Shown in pieces: positions 30,180 to 40,932 of a stretch of 64,000 nt of DNA. Every line of letters starts with the position of its first letter. The stretch's first letter is position 1. Source of the stretch: Savitreella phatthalungensis (lineage: Eukaryota). Location: NCBI GenBank assembly GCA_051599415.1, contig AP039715.1:124001-188000 (forward strand). Reading direction: 5' to 3'. Both the position numbers and the translations under genes were made by a program. The notes under the pieces were generated by a model. It searched no databases. It had not been told where the DNA came from and saw only the letters and a list, made by a program, of their open reading frames with translations.

Positions 30180-31163
30180 CTACGGCAGTGAAACTTCACG
30201 TAGCTCCTCTGCCTGAGTGTCATTTCGCCAATACTCACACTCGACGCGCAGAAAGATCCATACCCACCTGCGCATAAGCTCAATCAGCTCGAATGAGAAG
30301 ATGGAGACATCAGATTCGCTTACAATCAGCTTGACAAGCCAAGAGAAGCGCAGAAGCGTATCTGCGAATATGGCAGCATAGCAAAAGACCTTGGAGAACG
30401 TCATCCTCGCACGAAGCCGCGGCAAGCGAAAGTCCCAGTCTCTGTGGATGTCCCACCATAGTGCATAAGTCGAGTTGACGGCACAAGCGACCAGCCACGC
30501 AGCTCGAAGATGCTTGTCTGACACGTAGCTCCCAACGGGTCCGCCAGCCTCACGCTCTCCCTGAAGTGCCGATATGATGATAACCGGGAAAGCGGTCGAA
30601 TACTTTGCTGCGTTCGCGAGATGTCTGCTTGATCCAGAGCGAGAGTGCTCAATCAGACACTGCCGTAGCCGGATCAGGTACGGGTATGAGATTGCGACGG
30701 CTGCGAAGAATCGTCCGTTCAAGCCCAGCAGTAATACCAGATCACCAAAGACACGGGCGTACGATGTCAGCACGTCTGCGACCACAATGTCGAGAAACTT
30801 GTCACCATCTCGTGCAGAGATTCCCCCGATCGAGAGCCGGGCAAGCTGCTTCACCGCATCGTACCGTTCTCGAACATACGCTACCGGCACAAATCCGGGT
30901 GCCGCGAGGATTAGCAGCATCCCTGGAAACATGAGCTGCGGGAGGCTGAACAAGAAACAGGCTGCAATGATGCACAGCCATGCGATCGCGACATAGTAGC
31001 TGGCATGAGTCGCGTTTGTCCCGAGGTTCAAGAGTTTACCAGTAGGCAAGTCGAGCCGTCTGAGTAGTGTCAAATTCGTGCCGTATAGGAAGACGCCGAG
31101 GGCGACGAGGAAAGGTGGGCGATATACGAGCTCTGTTGCGGAGGTCAAGGACTCGATAATCAT
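30180..31163 (-). CDS. ERD1: EXS-family membrane protein (Erd1-like)
   Basis: FLDIVVADVLTSY, IRLRQCL, HLANAAKYST, NSTYALWWDI..DW, ELMRRWVWIFLRVECEY; no SPX domain. Confidence 0.8.
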   Translation of the reverse strand: MIIESLTSATELVYRPPFLVALGVFLYGTNLTLLRRLDLPTGKLLNLGTNATHASYYVAIAWLCIIAACFLFSLPQLMFPGMLLILAAPGFVPVAYVRERYDAVKQLARLSIGGISARDGDKFLDIVVADVLTSYARVFGDLVLLLGLNGRFFAAVAISYPYLIRLRQCLIEHSRSGSSRHLANAAKYSTAFPVIIISALQGEREAGGPVGSYVSDKHLRAAWLVACAVNSTYALWWDIHRDWDFRLPRLRARMTFSKVFCYAAIFADTLLRFSWLVKLIVSESDVSIFSFELIELMRRWVWIFLRVECEYWRNDTQAEELREVSLP

Positions 31164-31287
31164 AGCGGCCACAATTGTGCACGCTCAAAAGCGGGTCTAC
31201 CGCGACGCGTCTGACAGACGCTTTTGTCTTTACAAAATGACGCAAATATAAAATATGCGCGCGGGAAAGGGTGCGCGTGAGGACAAC

Positions 31288-31983
31288 ATGCAGCCGTATG
31301 CGCCAACACCGCTCATTCCAGATACATTACACGATGATCTCGGGCTGAGTGAGGAGATCAAGCTGTATGAAGGCGGGAGTCGCGATCGAGACTTGTATGA
31401 GACCCTTTCCGTCGTCTTTAGCATCCTCGTCCAGCTCGAATTTCTCGAGAAGGCGTTCGTACGGGACGCGGTATCAGTAGAGCAGTACCGCGAACGATGC
31501 AGCAGACTCATAGCACAGTACATCTCACTAAGTGGCACACTGGATCTGACACTGACGGAATTCTGCTCGCGATACCATCTGGCTTACCCACTGGCTGTCG
31601 CACGACTCCAGAACGGACAACCTGCAGGTGAGGTGGTAATACCAGACAAGGAGACTCCGACGACTGTTCCAACGCAACCAATACACTCAGGGCTGAAGGT
31701 TGCAGAGACTGTGCAATGCTTTATCACGCTCATGGATGCCCTCAAGCTGTCATTCAGGTCAAAAGATCAGCTCCATCCGCTTCTTTCAGACTTGATGAGC
31801 AGTATTGCCGAGGAGGAAGAAGTGATCGCGCTGGCCGGTCGACCAAAGCTTGTCAAGTGGCTTATCAGCGTGAACGGCATGGACGTTAATCAAGAGCTTT
31901 CGGACGACGAGGCACGAGACTTGTTCAGCGACATCGAGGGCCTCTACAATGAATATCTCGCCCTATTACAACAAGATCGATAG
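31288..31983 (+). CDS. VPS28: ESCRT-I subunit Vps28
   Basis: EEIKLY, LEFLEKAFVRD, VAETVQCFITLMDALKL, KDQLHPLLSDL. Confidence 0.93.
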   Translation: MQPYAPTPLIPDTLHDDLGLSEEIKLYEGGSRDRDLYETLSVVFSILVQLEFLEKAFVRDAVSVEQYRERCSRLIAQYISLSGTLDLTLTEFCSRYHLAYPLAVARLQNGQPAGEVVIPDKETPTTVPTQPIHSGLKVAETVQCFITLMDALKLSFRSKDQLHPLLSDLMSSIAEEEEVIALAGRPKLVKWLISVNGMDVNQELSDDEARDLFSDIEGLYNEYLALLQQDR

Positions 31984-32092
31984 ATCGTCATTGGTCAAAT
32001 GCAAAATATCGCGACAATAAAAAGAAGACACGGCAGTCCTGACAATTGTCACTTGGGAAGGAAGGGAGACTGAGCGCCTGCGGACTCTACAA

Positions 32093-32779
32093 ATGTCAGT
32101 CCGACCAGGGGAGACATTGATCAAGCAAGGTGCAGAAGCGCTTGCCCTGAAGTCGACCTTGCCAGGAACAGACGTTGTCGCGTTGAGAAAGCATCGGCCT
32201 GCGAAAAGCTACCGTTTGCCCGAACTAGATCGGAAGTTGACGCGTCAACGAATCACAGCTGAAGCGCGACTGTTGCAGGTGTGCAAGGATGCGGGCATCG
32301 ATGTGCCGCAGCTCATGCGGACTGAGCCGGCGAATGGTGATCTCTACATGGAATTTGTCGAGGGACGCAGTGTCAGGGATGTTCTGCGAGAGAGCACGTC
32401 GATCGACGAGGCTGGTGGGATGATGCGAGACATTGGTCACGTCATCGCACAGCTCCATATCCTTGGCGTCATCCACGGCGACCTCACGACCTCTAACCTC
32501 CTCGTTCGGGAACCAAGCGGGAGCATCTGCATCATTGACTTTGGCTTGGGCTCGCGTTCGAGGTATCCATGGTCAGGCGAAGCTCCCGCAGTCGACCTTT
32601 ACGTTCTCGAACGCGCGTTCGTGTCTACACACCCCGGGGCTGCTCATTTGTTCGGGCAAGTACTCAGTAGCTACGAGGAAACGTATGTCGCGGCAGGTAA
32701 GCAGGATATTGGCAAGGCAGTCATGAAACGGCTTGAGATTGTAAGAATGCGTGGCAGAAAGAGGTCTATGGTCGGCTGA
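32093..32779 (+). CDS. BUD32: EKC/KEOPS atypical kinase Bud32
   Basis: KQGAEA, IHGDLTTSN, IDFGL, AVDLYVLERAF, RMRGRKRSMVG C-terminus. Confidence 0.95.
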   Translation: MSVRPGETLIKQGAEALALKSTLPGTDVVALRKHRPAKSYRLPELDRKLTRQRITAEARLLQVCKDAGIDVPQLMRTEPANGDLYMEFVEGRSVRDVLRESTSIDEAGGMMRDIGHVIAQLHILGVIHGDLTTSNLLVREPSGSICIIDFGLGSRSRYPWSGEAPAVDLYVLERAFVSTHPGAAHLFGQVLSSYEETYVAAGKQDIGKAVMKRLEIVRMRGRKRSMVG

Positions 32780-32830
32780 GCTACTCAAGCCGGACTATTT
32801 CTCAATATACGGCAGGGACACTCCAGTCAA

Positions 32831-33787
32831 TCATGCGGCGACTTTGGGAGCCTCTGTGCGATCACCGTACGACTTTTGATATGTCTCGCGGAAGCGACGC
32901 ATCATGTGCTCGTGGATCGTCAGACCTTGCTCGTATTTCGCATCTTCGCCGTCCAGCACGATGGGGTCCAGGAGGAAGTCGAGGTTGCCGTCGACGAAGA
33001 AGGCAATTGAGTACCTCTCTCTGGAAGACTTGTTGATGACGCGATGCAGATTTGCATTGTAACGACCGTTGGAAATTCGGCGGAGCTTATCGCCGATGTT
33101 GACCACGAGAGCTCCGCGCTGTGGAGGTACTGGGAAGTACGCTTGGGTCTCTGCATCGAATACCTCCAGTCCACCGACATCGTCCTGCAGCAAGATTGTC
33201 AGCCCAGAGAAGTCGAAGTGAGCGCCTACGCCGCGCTGGTTTGACGGCGCATCCTTCGGCATTGGCGGGTAATGGAGCATGCGCTGTAGACATGCTTGGT
33301 CGCGAGCAAAGTCGCGGAAGTAATCTGGTCCGACGCCCATGGCCTCGCCAAGAAGCTCAAGCAAGGTCTCCGACAGGCTTTTCGTCTTTGAGAAGTACTC
33401 TTTTGCAATGGCGTTGAAAGATGGCGATTCTTCTGACCACTGATTATCGCCGAACGTTGTGCCCGTCCAGGCGTGTCCCTCGTCGCCGCAATTGAAGCAC
33501 TCTTTCAGGTCTGCGACAGTGCCCTTTTCAATGATCTGTGTACCGATCGGCTCATACCCCTGCTTTCGATTCTCAACACTTCTCTCGACCTTCATCTTTG
33601 CCTGTAGCGGGAGAGCGAAAAAGTCAGCCATGGCAGAGAGGACTCTGTCATGGAGCTCAGGGCCACTATCATGGCCAACCAGCTGGAAGAAGCCGGATGT
33701 TCGACAGGCGTGATCTATCTCGCGAATGACTGCTTCCCGGTCTTGTGCTAGACGGGAGATGTCAATCGTGGCAATTGAGGGAGACAT
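32831..33787 (-). CDS. 2-oxoglutarate/Fe(II) dioxygenase, IPNS/DIOX_N family
   Basis: ACRTSGFFQL, HFD...H iron triad (HFDFS, NLHRV), RYS. Confidence 0.92.
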   Translation of the reverse strand: MSPSIATIDISRLAQDREAVIREIDHACRTSGFFQLVGHDSGPELHDRVLSAMADFFALPLQAKMKVERSVENRKQGYEPIGTQIIEKGTVADLKECFNCGDEGHAWTGTTFGDNQWSEESPSFNAIAKEYFSKTKSLSETLLELLGEAMGVGPDYFRDFARDQACLQRMLHYPPMPKDAPSNQRGVGAHFDFSGLTILLQDDVGGLEVFDAETQAYFPVPPQRGALVVNIGDKLRRISNGRYNANLHRVINKSSRERYSIAFFVDGNLDFLLDPIVLDGEDAKYEQGLTIHEHMMRRFRETYQKSYGDRTEAPKVAA

Positions 33788-34760
33788 ATCGCGAAGGAAA
33801 TAGAGATAGAGAGATTGTAAGAAGTTGAGGAAGAGCGAAAGAGGAAGAGGGTGAGAAAAGGAGATAGAGCTTGTAACGAATTGATGATTGAATAGACAGG
33901 GTTCAGCAGCAAGTCACCAAGGGAGTGTGCTGAGGCTGTATGTATGCTTGTCGGAGAAGCTGGAGGTGTTGTGAATGTGTGTCTGTCTACCTGGAGCTTC
34001 ACTACGCGCAAGCAATACGGGGGAAGTACTATTGCTTTTTGCCTAAGGGAGACTCATCGCATATTGTGGGCGGGATGTGGAGATTTAGATCATATGATGA
34101 CATGAAGTGCATGCTTCGGCACATTTTACGCGCCTGCCAACTCCACACACACACTCTATCCGAGCGATTGGAGCATACGAACAATTCAAATCATACGAAC
34201 AATCCAAATCCAAAAAAATAAAAAGGGAAATGGCAAGAGCTGTCATATATGTACTCATCCTCACTCAGATATCCAATCACACACTTCATCATACATTTCA
34301 TCACACATCTCCATGGCTGCAAAAGTGGTTAGGCAGCTATAGCACCAACAAATCAAGGATCTTGGCTTTTTGGTCAGCCTAACTGCTTTCGCTATTGGAT
34401 ATGCTTCCGATTCAGATCTAGTCTGAATATACTAGCTATTTCAATCACTTCCACCAAGCTGGCTGAGAGTACTGAGTATTCAAGTGGTGCTGTAACTCAA
34501 AGAGAATACTATAAATTGGCCTGACATTATCTGAGCCCCTACTTTTTCAGATGGAACTTTAGTAGTTACATATTTGTCAGTGGTGAATAGTTTGAGCCCC
34601 TCTGACACAGACATCAGCCGCTTCTTCAGTCTCTCTTTTCAACCGTGTCAGATATGGATTCTCAGCTTCAACAGCATTGAAGACTCATGCATTCAAATAT
34701 AATATGTCGATATGGCTGCGATTCTTAAGGATCTCACCATTCTCTATCTCGTTCTGTAGC

Positions 34761-34941
34761 TATTATCTACGGCTATCATCTACAGCTATTATATATCTAC
34801 AGCCATAATATATTTACAGCCATTATATATCTACAGCAATTATCTACAGCTATTATCTTCAGCTATCATCTACAGCTATCATCTTCAGCTATTATCTACA
34901 GCTATTATCTCCAGCTATTATCTTCAGCTATTATCTACAGC
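34761..34941. repeat. 13-bp minisatellite, 13 units of consensus TATTATCTACAGC (three units expanded to 17 bp)
   Basis: Units read directly; variants TATCAT, CTTCAGC, CTCCAGC and one CTACGGC. Confidence 0.95.
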
Positions 34942-35213
34942 CTTCTCATATGAACCTCACTTTTTTTTCGCACGTGCCTCAGACCGTTAAGCACACGTGT
35001 GCATGTATATGCAATTGACGTCACACCTTCACGTCCATCAAGAGCATCAATCTACACCACGGAAATCTATCACACCTAGAGCTATATTGGTCAGTTGTCA
35101 GTTACCATCGATCTACAAGAGAGAAACTCAAGTGATCAAGTGCTAGTCAAAGTCAGTCAACTCCAGAGTCAAGTCCGAGAGTATCGGCAAGTGCTTACTC
35201 TGGGTCTCTGACC

Positions 35214-37043
35214 ATGTCGCTCAACTCGCTCTTGTCGCGCAAGCAGCGAGAAGACTTTGTCCTGCTCGTTGCAGATGCTACTGACCGTATGCGTGCACGC
35301 CTGCACGCCACGTTCACCTACAAGCAGGACGACCTCGTCACAGCCGCTAAGCAACTGACCGTGGAAAGTACCGAAAATGGCGAGGACACAGAGAAGCTCG
35401 ACACAACGCCGGCACCATGGGCAAAAGATATCCAGGATCCATCGCTCGAAGCTTTTGACTCATGGCGCACTGCGCTATTGCAAAGACTCGGCGAGGTAGT
35501 CAATACAAACGACTCTCAGGAATCGACGAAAGAATCCACCGGCAAAGCTCAGTTTCCATCCACCGACGACGATAAGCTGATACAGCTACCACCGTCGATC
35601 GACACGCCTCTGAAAGAATTGCCCTTAGAATACCGCGCAATGCTGCTGAATGCGCTACTTCTCCTACTCTTGTCTCTTGAGAGATACTCTCCACAGTCAC
35701 GGACGTTGCTCAAGACAATCGCTGCGTCTCTTGACCTCACACCAAGCCTATTGTTCGAGGTCGAAGCAGAAGTCGCCGGTCAGTTACAAAAAGCAGCAGA
35801 TCTCTCTCATCAGGCTGATGGGGCGAAGAAGAACGAGTCCTCTTCATCTAAATGGAAGATCGGCCTCGCATCCGTCGCAGGCGCAGCGCTGGTTGGCATC
35901 ACCGGCGGGCTTGCCGCGCCGCTTGTCGCAGCAGGTCTCGGTAGCGTACTTGGGGGTATTGGACTCGGAGGCACTGTCGCTGCCGGCTATCTCGGTGCCA
36001 TGGCCGGCTCATCAGTCCTTGTTGGTGGACTATTCGGCGCTTACGGCGCCAAGATGGCGGGAGAGACGATGCGAAAGTATGCAGCAGAAGTCGAAGATTT
36101 CGCATTCATGCCCCTCGGCGACAAGACACAGCGACTTTCAGTAACAATCGGAATATCCGGCTGGCTTGAGGACGACACTGAAGTCACGAGGCCATGGACT
36201 GTCTTATCGAGAGACGTTGCTGACCCCTACGCACTCAGGTATGAGGTGAAGGCACTCTCAGCTCTAGGTACGGCACTTTCCGACCTAGTATTCTCGACCG
36301 CATTCTCCTATGCGAAGCGCGAGATCATTCGTCGCACAGTACTTGCCTCGCTCATGGCAGCGTTGTGGCCTTTGGCCTTCCTCAAAGTTGGTCGTATTCT
36401 TGATAATCCCTGGCGGATTGCGTTTGTGCGCTCACAAAAGGCAGGTGTCGTATTAGCAGATGCACTGTGCGAAGGTGTACAGGGCAATCGTCCAGTAACA
36501 CTCGTTGGCTTCTCGCTCGGTGCACGCGTCATCTTTGAGTGCTGCAAAGAACTTTCTCGCCGGCGTCAGTTCGGCGTGATTGAGTCTGTCGTTCTCATGG
36601 GTGCCCCTGTACCGTCAGACGCGAGTGACTGGGCATGTGTTCGCTCAGTGTGCTCCGGTCGAGTGGTCAACTGCTATTCCGAATCAGACTACATTCTCGG
36701 CTTCCTCTATCGCACGGCATCAGTACAATTCGGCGTGGCTGGTCTGCAGAAGGTCGACCTGCCAGGAATTGATAATTGTGACGTTTCCGATCTCGCGAAG
36801 GGCCATCTTCGGTATCGGTATCTCGTAGGCACCATCCTTCGCGAGCGCGTCGGTCTCGAAGGCGTTGATTCTCAAGCTGTGCGCCTACAGGAAAAGAAGC
36901 TCGAGGAGCTCGTCGAGAAGGAGCAAGCTGTCGACCGTCAGGCCGAGTCACAAGTCGTCTTCGACGCTGATGAGAAGCATGACAAAGATGCGACCAAGTC
37001 GGCGGAAATAACAACGGACACGGATAAGGCAAAGCAGTCTTAA
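35214..37043 (+). CDS. DUF726/TMCO4 (Mil1-like) alpha/beta-hydrolase-fold membrane protein
   Basis: GAALVGITGGLAAPLV, IDNPW-like ILDNPW, RPVTLVGFSLGARVI, GRVVNCYS..DYIL, GHLRY. Confidence 0.9.
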   Translation: MSLNSLLSRKQREDFVLLVADATDRMRARLHATFTYKQDDLVTAAKQLTVESTENGEDTEKLDTTPAPWAKDIQDPSLEAFDSWRTALLQRLGEVVNTNDSQESTKESTGKAQFPSTDDDKLIQLPPSIDTPLKELPLEYRAMLLNALLLLLLSLERYSPQSRTLLKTIAASLDLTPSLLFEVEAEVAGQLQKAADLSHQADGAKKNESSSSKWKIGLASVAGAALVGITGGLAAPLVAAGLGSVLGGIGLGGTVAAGYLGAMAGSSVLVGGLFGAYGAKMAGETMRKYAAEVEDFAFMPLGDKTQRLSVTIGISGWLEDDTEVTRPWTVLSRDVADPYALRYEVKALSALGTALSDLVFSTAFSYAKREIIRRTVLASLMAALWPLAFLKVGRILDNPWRIAFVRSQKAGVVLADALCEGVQGNRPVTLVGFSLGARVIFECCKELSRRRQFGVIESVVLMGAPVPSDASDWACVRSVCSGRVVNCYSESDYILGFLYRTASVQFGVAGLQKVDLPGIDNCDVSDLAKGHLRYRYLVGTILRERVGLEGVDSQAVRLQEKKLEELVEKEQAVDRQAESQVVFDADEKHDKDATKSAEITTDTDKAKQS

Positions 37044-37451
37044 CGTCAAATGTCAATGGGTAGCCATCTTGCCATATGCCATTCGAACTCACTTCTCCAG
37101 ACCCAGTCGACGGAGATGCGTGTGGGGCAAAGCAGGCGTTGGCACGGATGACATGCCAGACATGAGGCGTAGGTTTATGTAACATGTTCAGATCAAATAT
37201 TTGGATTGATCGATCACAGTTTTATGGAGATCGAATGATCAACGTTCTATGCATCACGCAAAGCTACAGACCTTCAAATCAGAGTGCACAGACAAATAGG
37301 TATTGCACAAACGCGGGTTAATCACATCACACATTACAGCCAAGACCAAGCACCACTCGCGCTGGACAGCGGACCTACTGATCCGTTGACTTATCGGGTG
37401 TAGGGACAAGTGTACTCATCATCACGGATTCCCGTGTCCGGTGGTTGCAGG

Positions 37452-38033
37452 ATGGAGGACGAGCTGGGTTCATCTGCTACGTACCGACCACAGGGAGCAG
37501 AGCGTTCACTGGACGAGTACGCGAAACTGGATGCAGAGGACGCGTCATTGGCAAAGTGGAAGGCATCCCTCGGCATCACAAACGATGCCGCAGCCATCAT
37601 TCACGACTCCTCTCGTGACGACAAGGTCCTGATCGATGCAATCGAACTCAGAACCCCAGGTCGTGAACCCATCCGAATCGACCTCTCGACCGCCGACAAA
37701 GTCGCAGCCCTCCGCAAGTCTCCCTTTGCCATCAAGGAAGGTATCCCCTACAGACTTGCGGTCGTCTTTCGTCTTCAGCGGGGCGTGGTCAGTGGGCTTC
37801 GGTATGTGCAGGTGGTCAAGCGACTAGGCGTCACGGTCGATCGGACAGAGGAGATGATGGGATCGTACGGTCCTGCGGCTGACCCGTACACGAAGGTGTT
37901 TACGGAAGAGGAAGCGCCGTCTGGGTTGATGGCTAGAGGCAAATATGAGTGTAGATCGAGGTTCATCGACGACGACGGTCACTGTCACCTCGATCTTGAC
38001 TGGGCACTCACTATCACCAAATCTTGGCCATAA
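37452..38033 (+). CDS. RDI1: Rho GDP-dissociation inhibitor
   Basis: LDAEDASLAKWKASLG, IKEG, GLRYVQ, MMGSYGP, EEAPSGLMARGKY..SRFIDDD. Confidence 0.95.
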   Translation: MEDELGSSATYRPQGAERSLDEYAKLDAEDASLAKWKASLGITNDAAAIIHDSSRDDKVLIDAIELRTPGREPIRIDLSTADKVAALRKSPFAIKEGIPYRLAVVFRLQRGVVSGLRYVQVVKRLGVTVDRTEEMMGSYGPAADPYTKVFTEEEAPSGLMARGKYECRSRFIDDDGHCHLDLDWALTITKSWP

Positions 38034-38162
38034 CCCCGGAAAAGACGGTGGTTCCAAGACGTCACCATTTTTACGCAAGTAATGCTTTGATACACTACGG
38101 GTCTAAGGGGAAGAAAGAGATCTCCTCATGCAAGGGTCCCCGTAGACAAATGACTGTATTCG

Positions 38163-39206
38163 TCATCCTCGAGAGTACCGCCAACGTGAACTCGAACCTA
38201 AGTCTGTGGCGGTGTGACTGGTGGCAGCCGAGGTCGACAAGGTGGTCGTGTTTGTGCTCTTAGCGTTGCGCAGGGATAACCGTGTCGACGGTGATTCAGC
38301 TGCCGGTGAGCCTCCATGATGTGGTGTTCCCGTCGTAGACGCTGGGCTTGGTGTGACGTTGCGAGGATATCTTGGCGGGGTGACGTGTCGGGCTGGAGAT
38401 GAGGCTGCTCCCGCCTGTTGAGCTGATTCATTGCTACGGGTGCCGTTGCCGCCACTTGAGCCTGCGCTTGGAGGCAGATTCAACAATTTCCGCTGACCGG
38501 GCGTCAATGCCACTCCCTTCTGCAGCAGCGCAGTCTCGGCCTTTACCCCGACAGCCCCAAGACTACCACCTGCAGCTCCAGCTCTCACAAACCTCATCAA
38601 GCCCTCGCAAATATTATACACAAGCAGCAGGACGACTGCGTACTTGATGACGCGATACCACGTTGGCAGCGTCGCTGCTGCTGCCATGCCTGTGATGCCA
38701 CCATTGCCTTCATTCAGACTGCTTCTAGCCGTTTCGGTACTCCCCAGAATGCTGAGAAGTATCGTTTCCACCCACGGGCTAACCCGCCAGATCAGCCAGC
38801 CTGCAACGCCATTATACATCACCCGTCGAACCGTTCCGTCATCAGCACCACGCACACGATGTTCCAATGCGAGCTCCTGGATGGCAGGGTGTGCCCACTT
38901 TCCCGTCGGCGTGTCCGCGGCTGTCTGTTTCGGCGGTGCGATTGGTGACGGGTACTGCTCAGGTGTGCCGACGGCCTGATGCCCATGACGATGTGGTGAC
39001 TGTGGTGATCTGTAGCTGCCGTGGCCTAAGCTGCTACCGTCCCTCCCTTCGGTAGTAGCAGCCTTCGCACCCGGACTGTGACGGGCGTGAGCCTTGCCGC
39101 CGCCGCCAGAGACATCCAGAGGACGTCGGACGATGCGAGGCGAACCTGCCGGAGGAGTCTGCCCACCAGCGTACAGCGATCGTGCGAATTCACTCGAGAA
39201 GCTCAT
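38163..39206 (-). CDS. POM34: Nuclear pore membrane protein, Pom34-like
   Basis: TPTGKWAHPAIQEL, two TM segments, LTPGQRKLLNL motif, S/T-P-rich tail. Confidence 0.7.
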   Translation of the reverse strand: MSFSSEFARSLYAGGQTPPAGSPRIVRRPLDVSGGGGKAHARHSPGAKAATTEGRDGSSLGHGSYRSPQSPHRHGHQAVGTPEQYPSPIAPPKQTAADTPTGKWAHPAIQELALEHRVRGADDGTVRRVMYNGVAGWLIWRVSPWVETILLSILGSTETARSSLNEGNGGITGMAAAATLPTWYRVIKYAVVLLLVYNICEGLMRFVRAGAAGGSLGAVGVKAETALLQKGVALTPGQRKLLNLPPSAGSSGGNGTRSNESAQQAGAASSPARHVTPPRYPRNVTPSPASTTGTPHHGGSPAAESPSTRLSLRNAKSTNTTTLSTSAATSHTATDLGSSSRWRYSRG

Positions 39207-39489
39207 CTTCAGTGAAGAAGATTGAGACTCCTTTATGTCAGACCCCAGGTCAGCGAGAGCCTCGATGAATGGCGACAGCGATTCTGCACGCGCTCTATCC
39301 GACGGGCGCCTATCAACTATACGTAGATGTGACAGAAGATCTTGCTATGGACCGGGCTTTACGTGCATTGACACAACAATTACAAAACAATTATAAGAGG
39401 TAGAATATGAATCTCAAAGTAACAAATAGTGTTTGTAATGTAACACAAAAAGAAAGGTTTGTAGATTGACCATCGGCCAGTCCTTCATT

Positions 39490-40329
39490 TCATGCTGGTA
39501 ACGCAGGGACCGACGACACGGGCAAGTCACTACCTTCCATCCGTGGAGTGATGGTTGACTTGACTGATTGCCATTTGACGTCAAGATCCCGGTCGCTATC
39601 GCTGCTGTCCTCTGGTGTGATAATTTCATCTTCTTCGTCGCTGCTGCTGCTCTCGCTGCTCTCGTCATCGTGATATCCATTTGATGATGCTTCTGTTTCC
39701 GTCATGTCACCGTCATCCTCTTCCTCAATCCCAACCTCATGCAGATACTCAATTGGCTGCGCGTCAGCCTGTAAGACCACGTCCTCAGATTCTTCAAAGT
39801 CGCCTACAAGCTCGTCCTCGTCCTCTTCGTCGTCAATCGCGGCAGCTTGCGTGGAAGCCTCGATACGCAGTGCCTCGGCAAATCTGGCGACGGCGTGTAT
39901 AATCCGTTCCTCCGCCTTCGTCAGACTAAGCGCGACGAGTTTCGGATTCAAACACATAAGCTCATCCCACATGGTCAAGCTGACGTAGTCGCCCAACGCA
40001 GTCAATGCATCCAGTAGATTCTTCGACTCGAGCGCGAGTTGCGTCCGCGTCCTGAATGGCGGCAGGACACATCTCCGCAGGATGCTTTCGAATGTTGATA
40101 GTGAGACAAGGACCTTTGCCATGATTTTGCAAATACTTGCTGTCCTGCTGGCTAGCTTCTGCTTGCAGTTATCATGACATACAAGCACTGACCGTGTCGC
40201 GCGATTCAACTCGTTGCAGAGCTCGATCGTCGATGGGCCGTAGGTATCCGGCACTGGCTTGTGATCGATATGAGGTACCGCGCAAGCAGGCGCGTCGCTT
40301 GCAAACTTGACACTGCTTTCTTCGCTCAT
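39490..40329 (-). CDS. Uncharacterised protein, helical N-terminus and acidic C-terminus
   Basis: ~280-codon ORF with coding-like composition; first ATG 40329. Confidence 0.65.
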   Translation of the reverse strand: MSEESSVKFASDAPACAVPHIDHKPVPDTYGPSTIELCNELNRATRSVLVCHDNCKQKLASRTASICKIMAKVLVSLSTFESILRRCVLPPFRTRTQLALESKNLLDALTALGDYVSLTMWDELMCLNPKLVALSLTKAEERIIHAVARFAEALRIEASTQAAAIDDEEDEDELVGDFEESEDVVLQADAQPIEYLHEVGIEEEDDGDMTETEASSNGYHDDESSESSSSDEEDEIITPEDSSDSDRDLDVKWQSVKSTITPRMEGSDLPVSSVPALPA

Positions 40330-40538
40330 CGTCGGCGTCTGCGCGGCCAAGATTTGTCGTATGTACTCCTGCCGTCTCTAGGACTAGCTTACTCCATGCG
40401 CTAAGATGAATGCCCTGGCTTTACTGTTGAACGTGCAAAGTATAAAGTATCTTTGGCGTGTGCGTCCACGAGTCGAGGGATCTATCTAGTAGTGATGGTA
40501 GCGCGTCTGATGAGCAGTGCAATGGTGCGATCAGTGGC

Positions 40539-40932
40539 GATCAAAAAGTCGTGCCCTGGAGGAGAGGACGGTCGTGCGCTTGCCGTGTAGCAGACTCCTT
40601 CGGACGCTTGGTCGGTGTGAAAGTCGGTCAATCGAAATGTAGATCGATAGACCGACCCTGTGACCCTCGCCCAGTAGGACGCTACGGCTGATCTGATCGG
40701 ACAGTCCGCGGAATTTTGCCCCTGCTTGAGGCTTGCTGTTGGGGATGCTCAGCTTAACTGGTGAATTTGCGCGTGTCCAGTGTCTGTATAAATCTGTGGA
40801 AGGCAGAATGGGAGTGAAGAGGTTGAATGCTCGCACGCGCGCTGATCTTTTGTCCCTCCCAGTCGCCATGAGTTGCCATGGAGAAACTTGGCCAACATCT
40901 TCGCCCTCGAGGCTTTAGGAAACGATTTGATC
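40539..40932 (+). ncRNA. Candidate structured ncRNA with RNase MRP/P-like architecture
   Basis: End-pairing helices, long irregular hairpin 40582-40688 followed by GGACAGTCCGCGGA (CR-I-like), TATAAA at 40441. Confidence 0.4.

Noticed and set aside
12056..32779. KEOPS gene cluster (GON7-like plus BUD32)
   Set aside because: Separated by 20 kb and many unrelated genes; likely coincidental
34761..34941. Repeat array resembling CRISPR
   Set aside because: Head-to-tail 13-bp units without unique spacers, no cas genes, eukaryotic context
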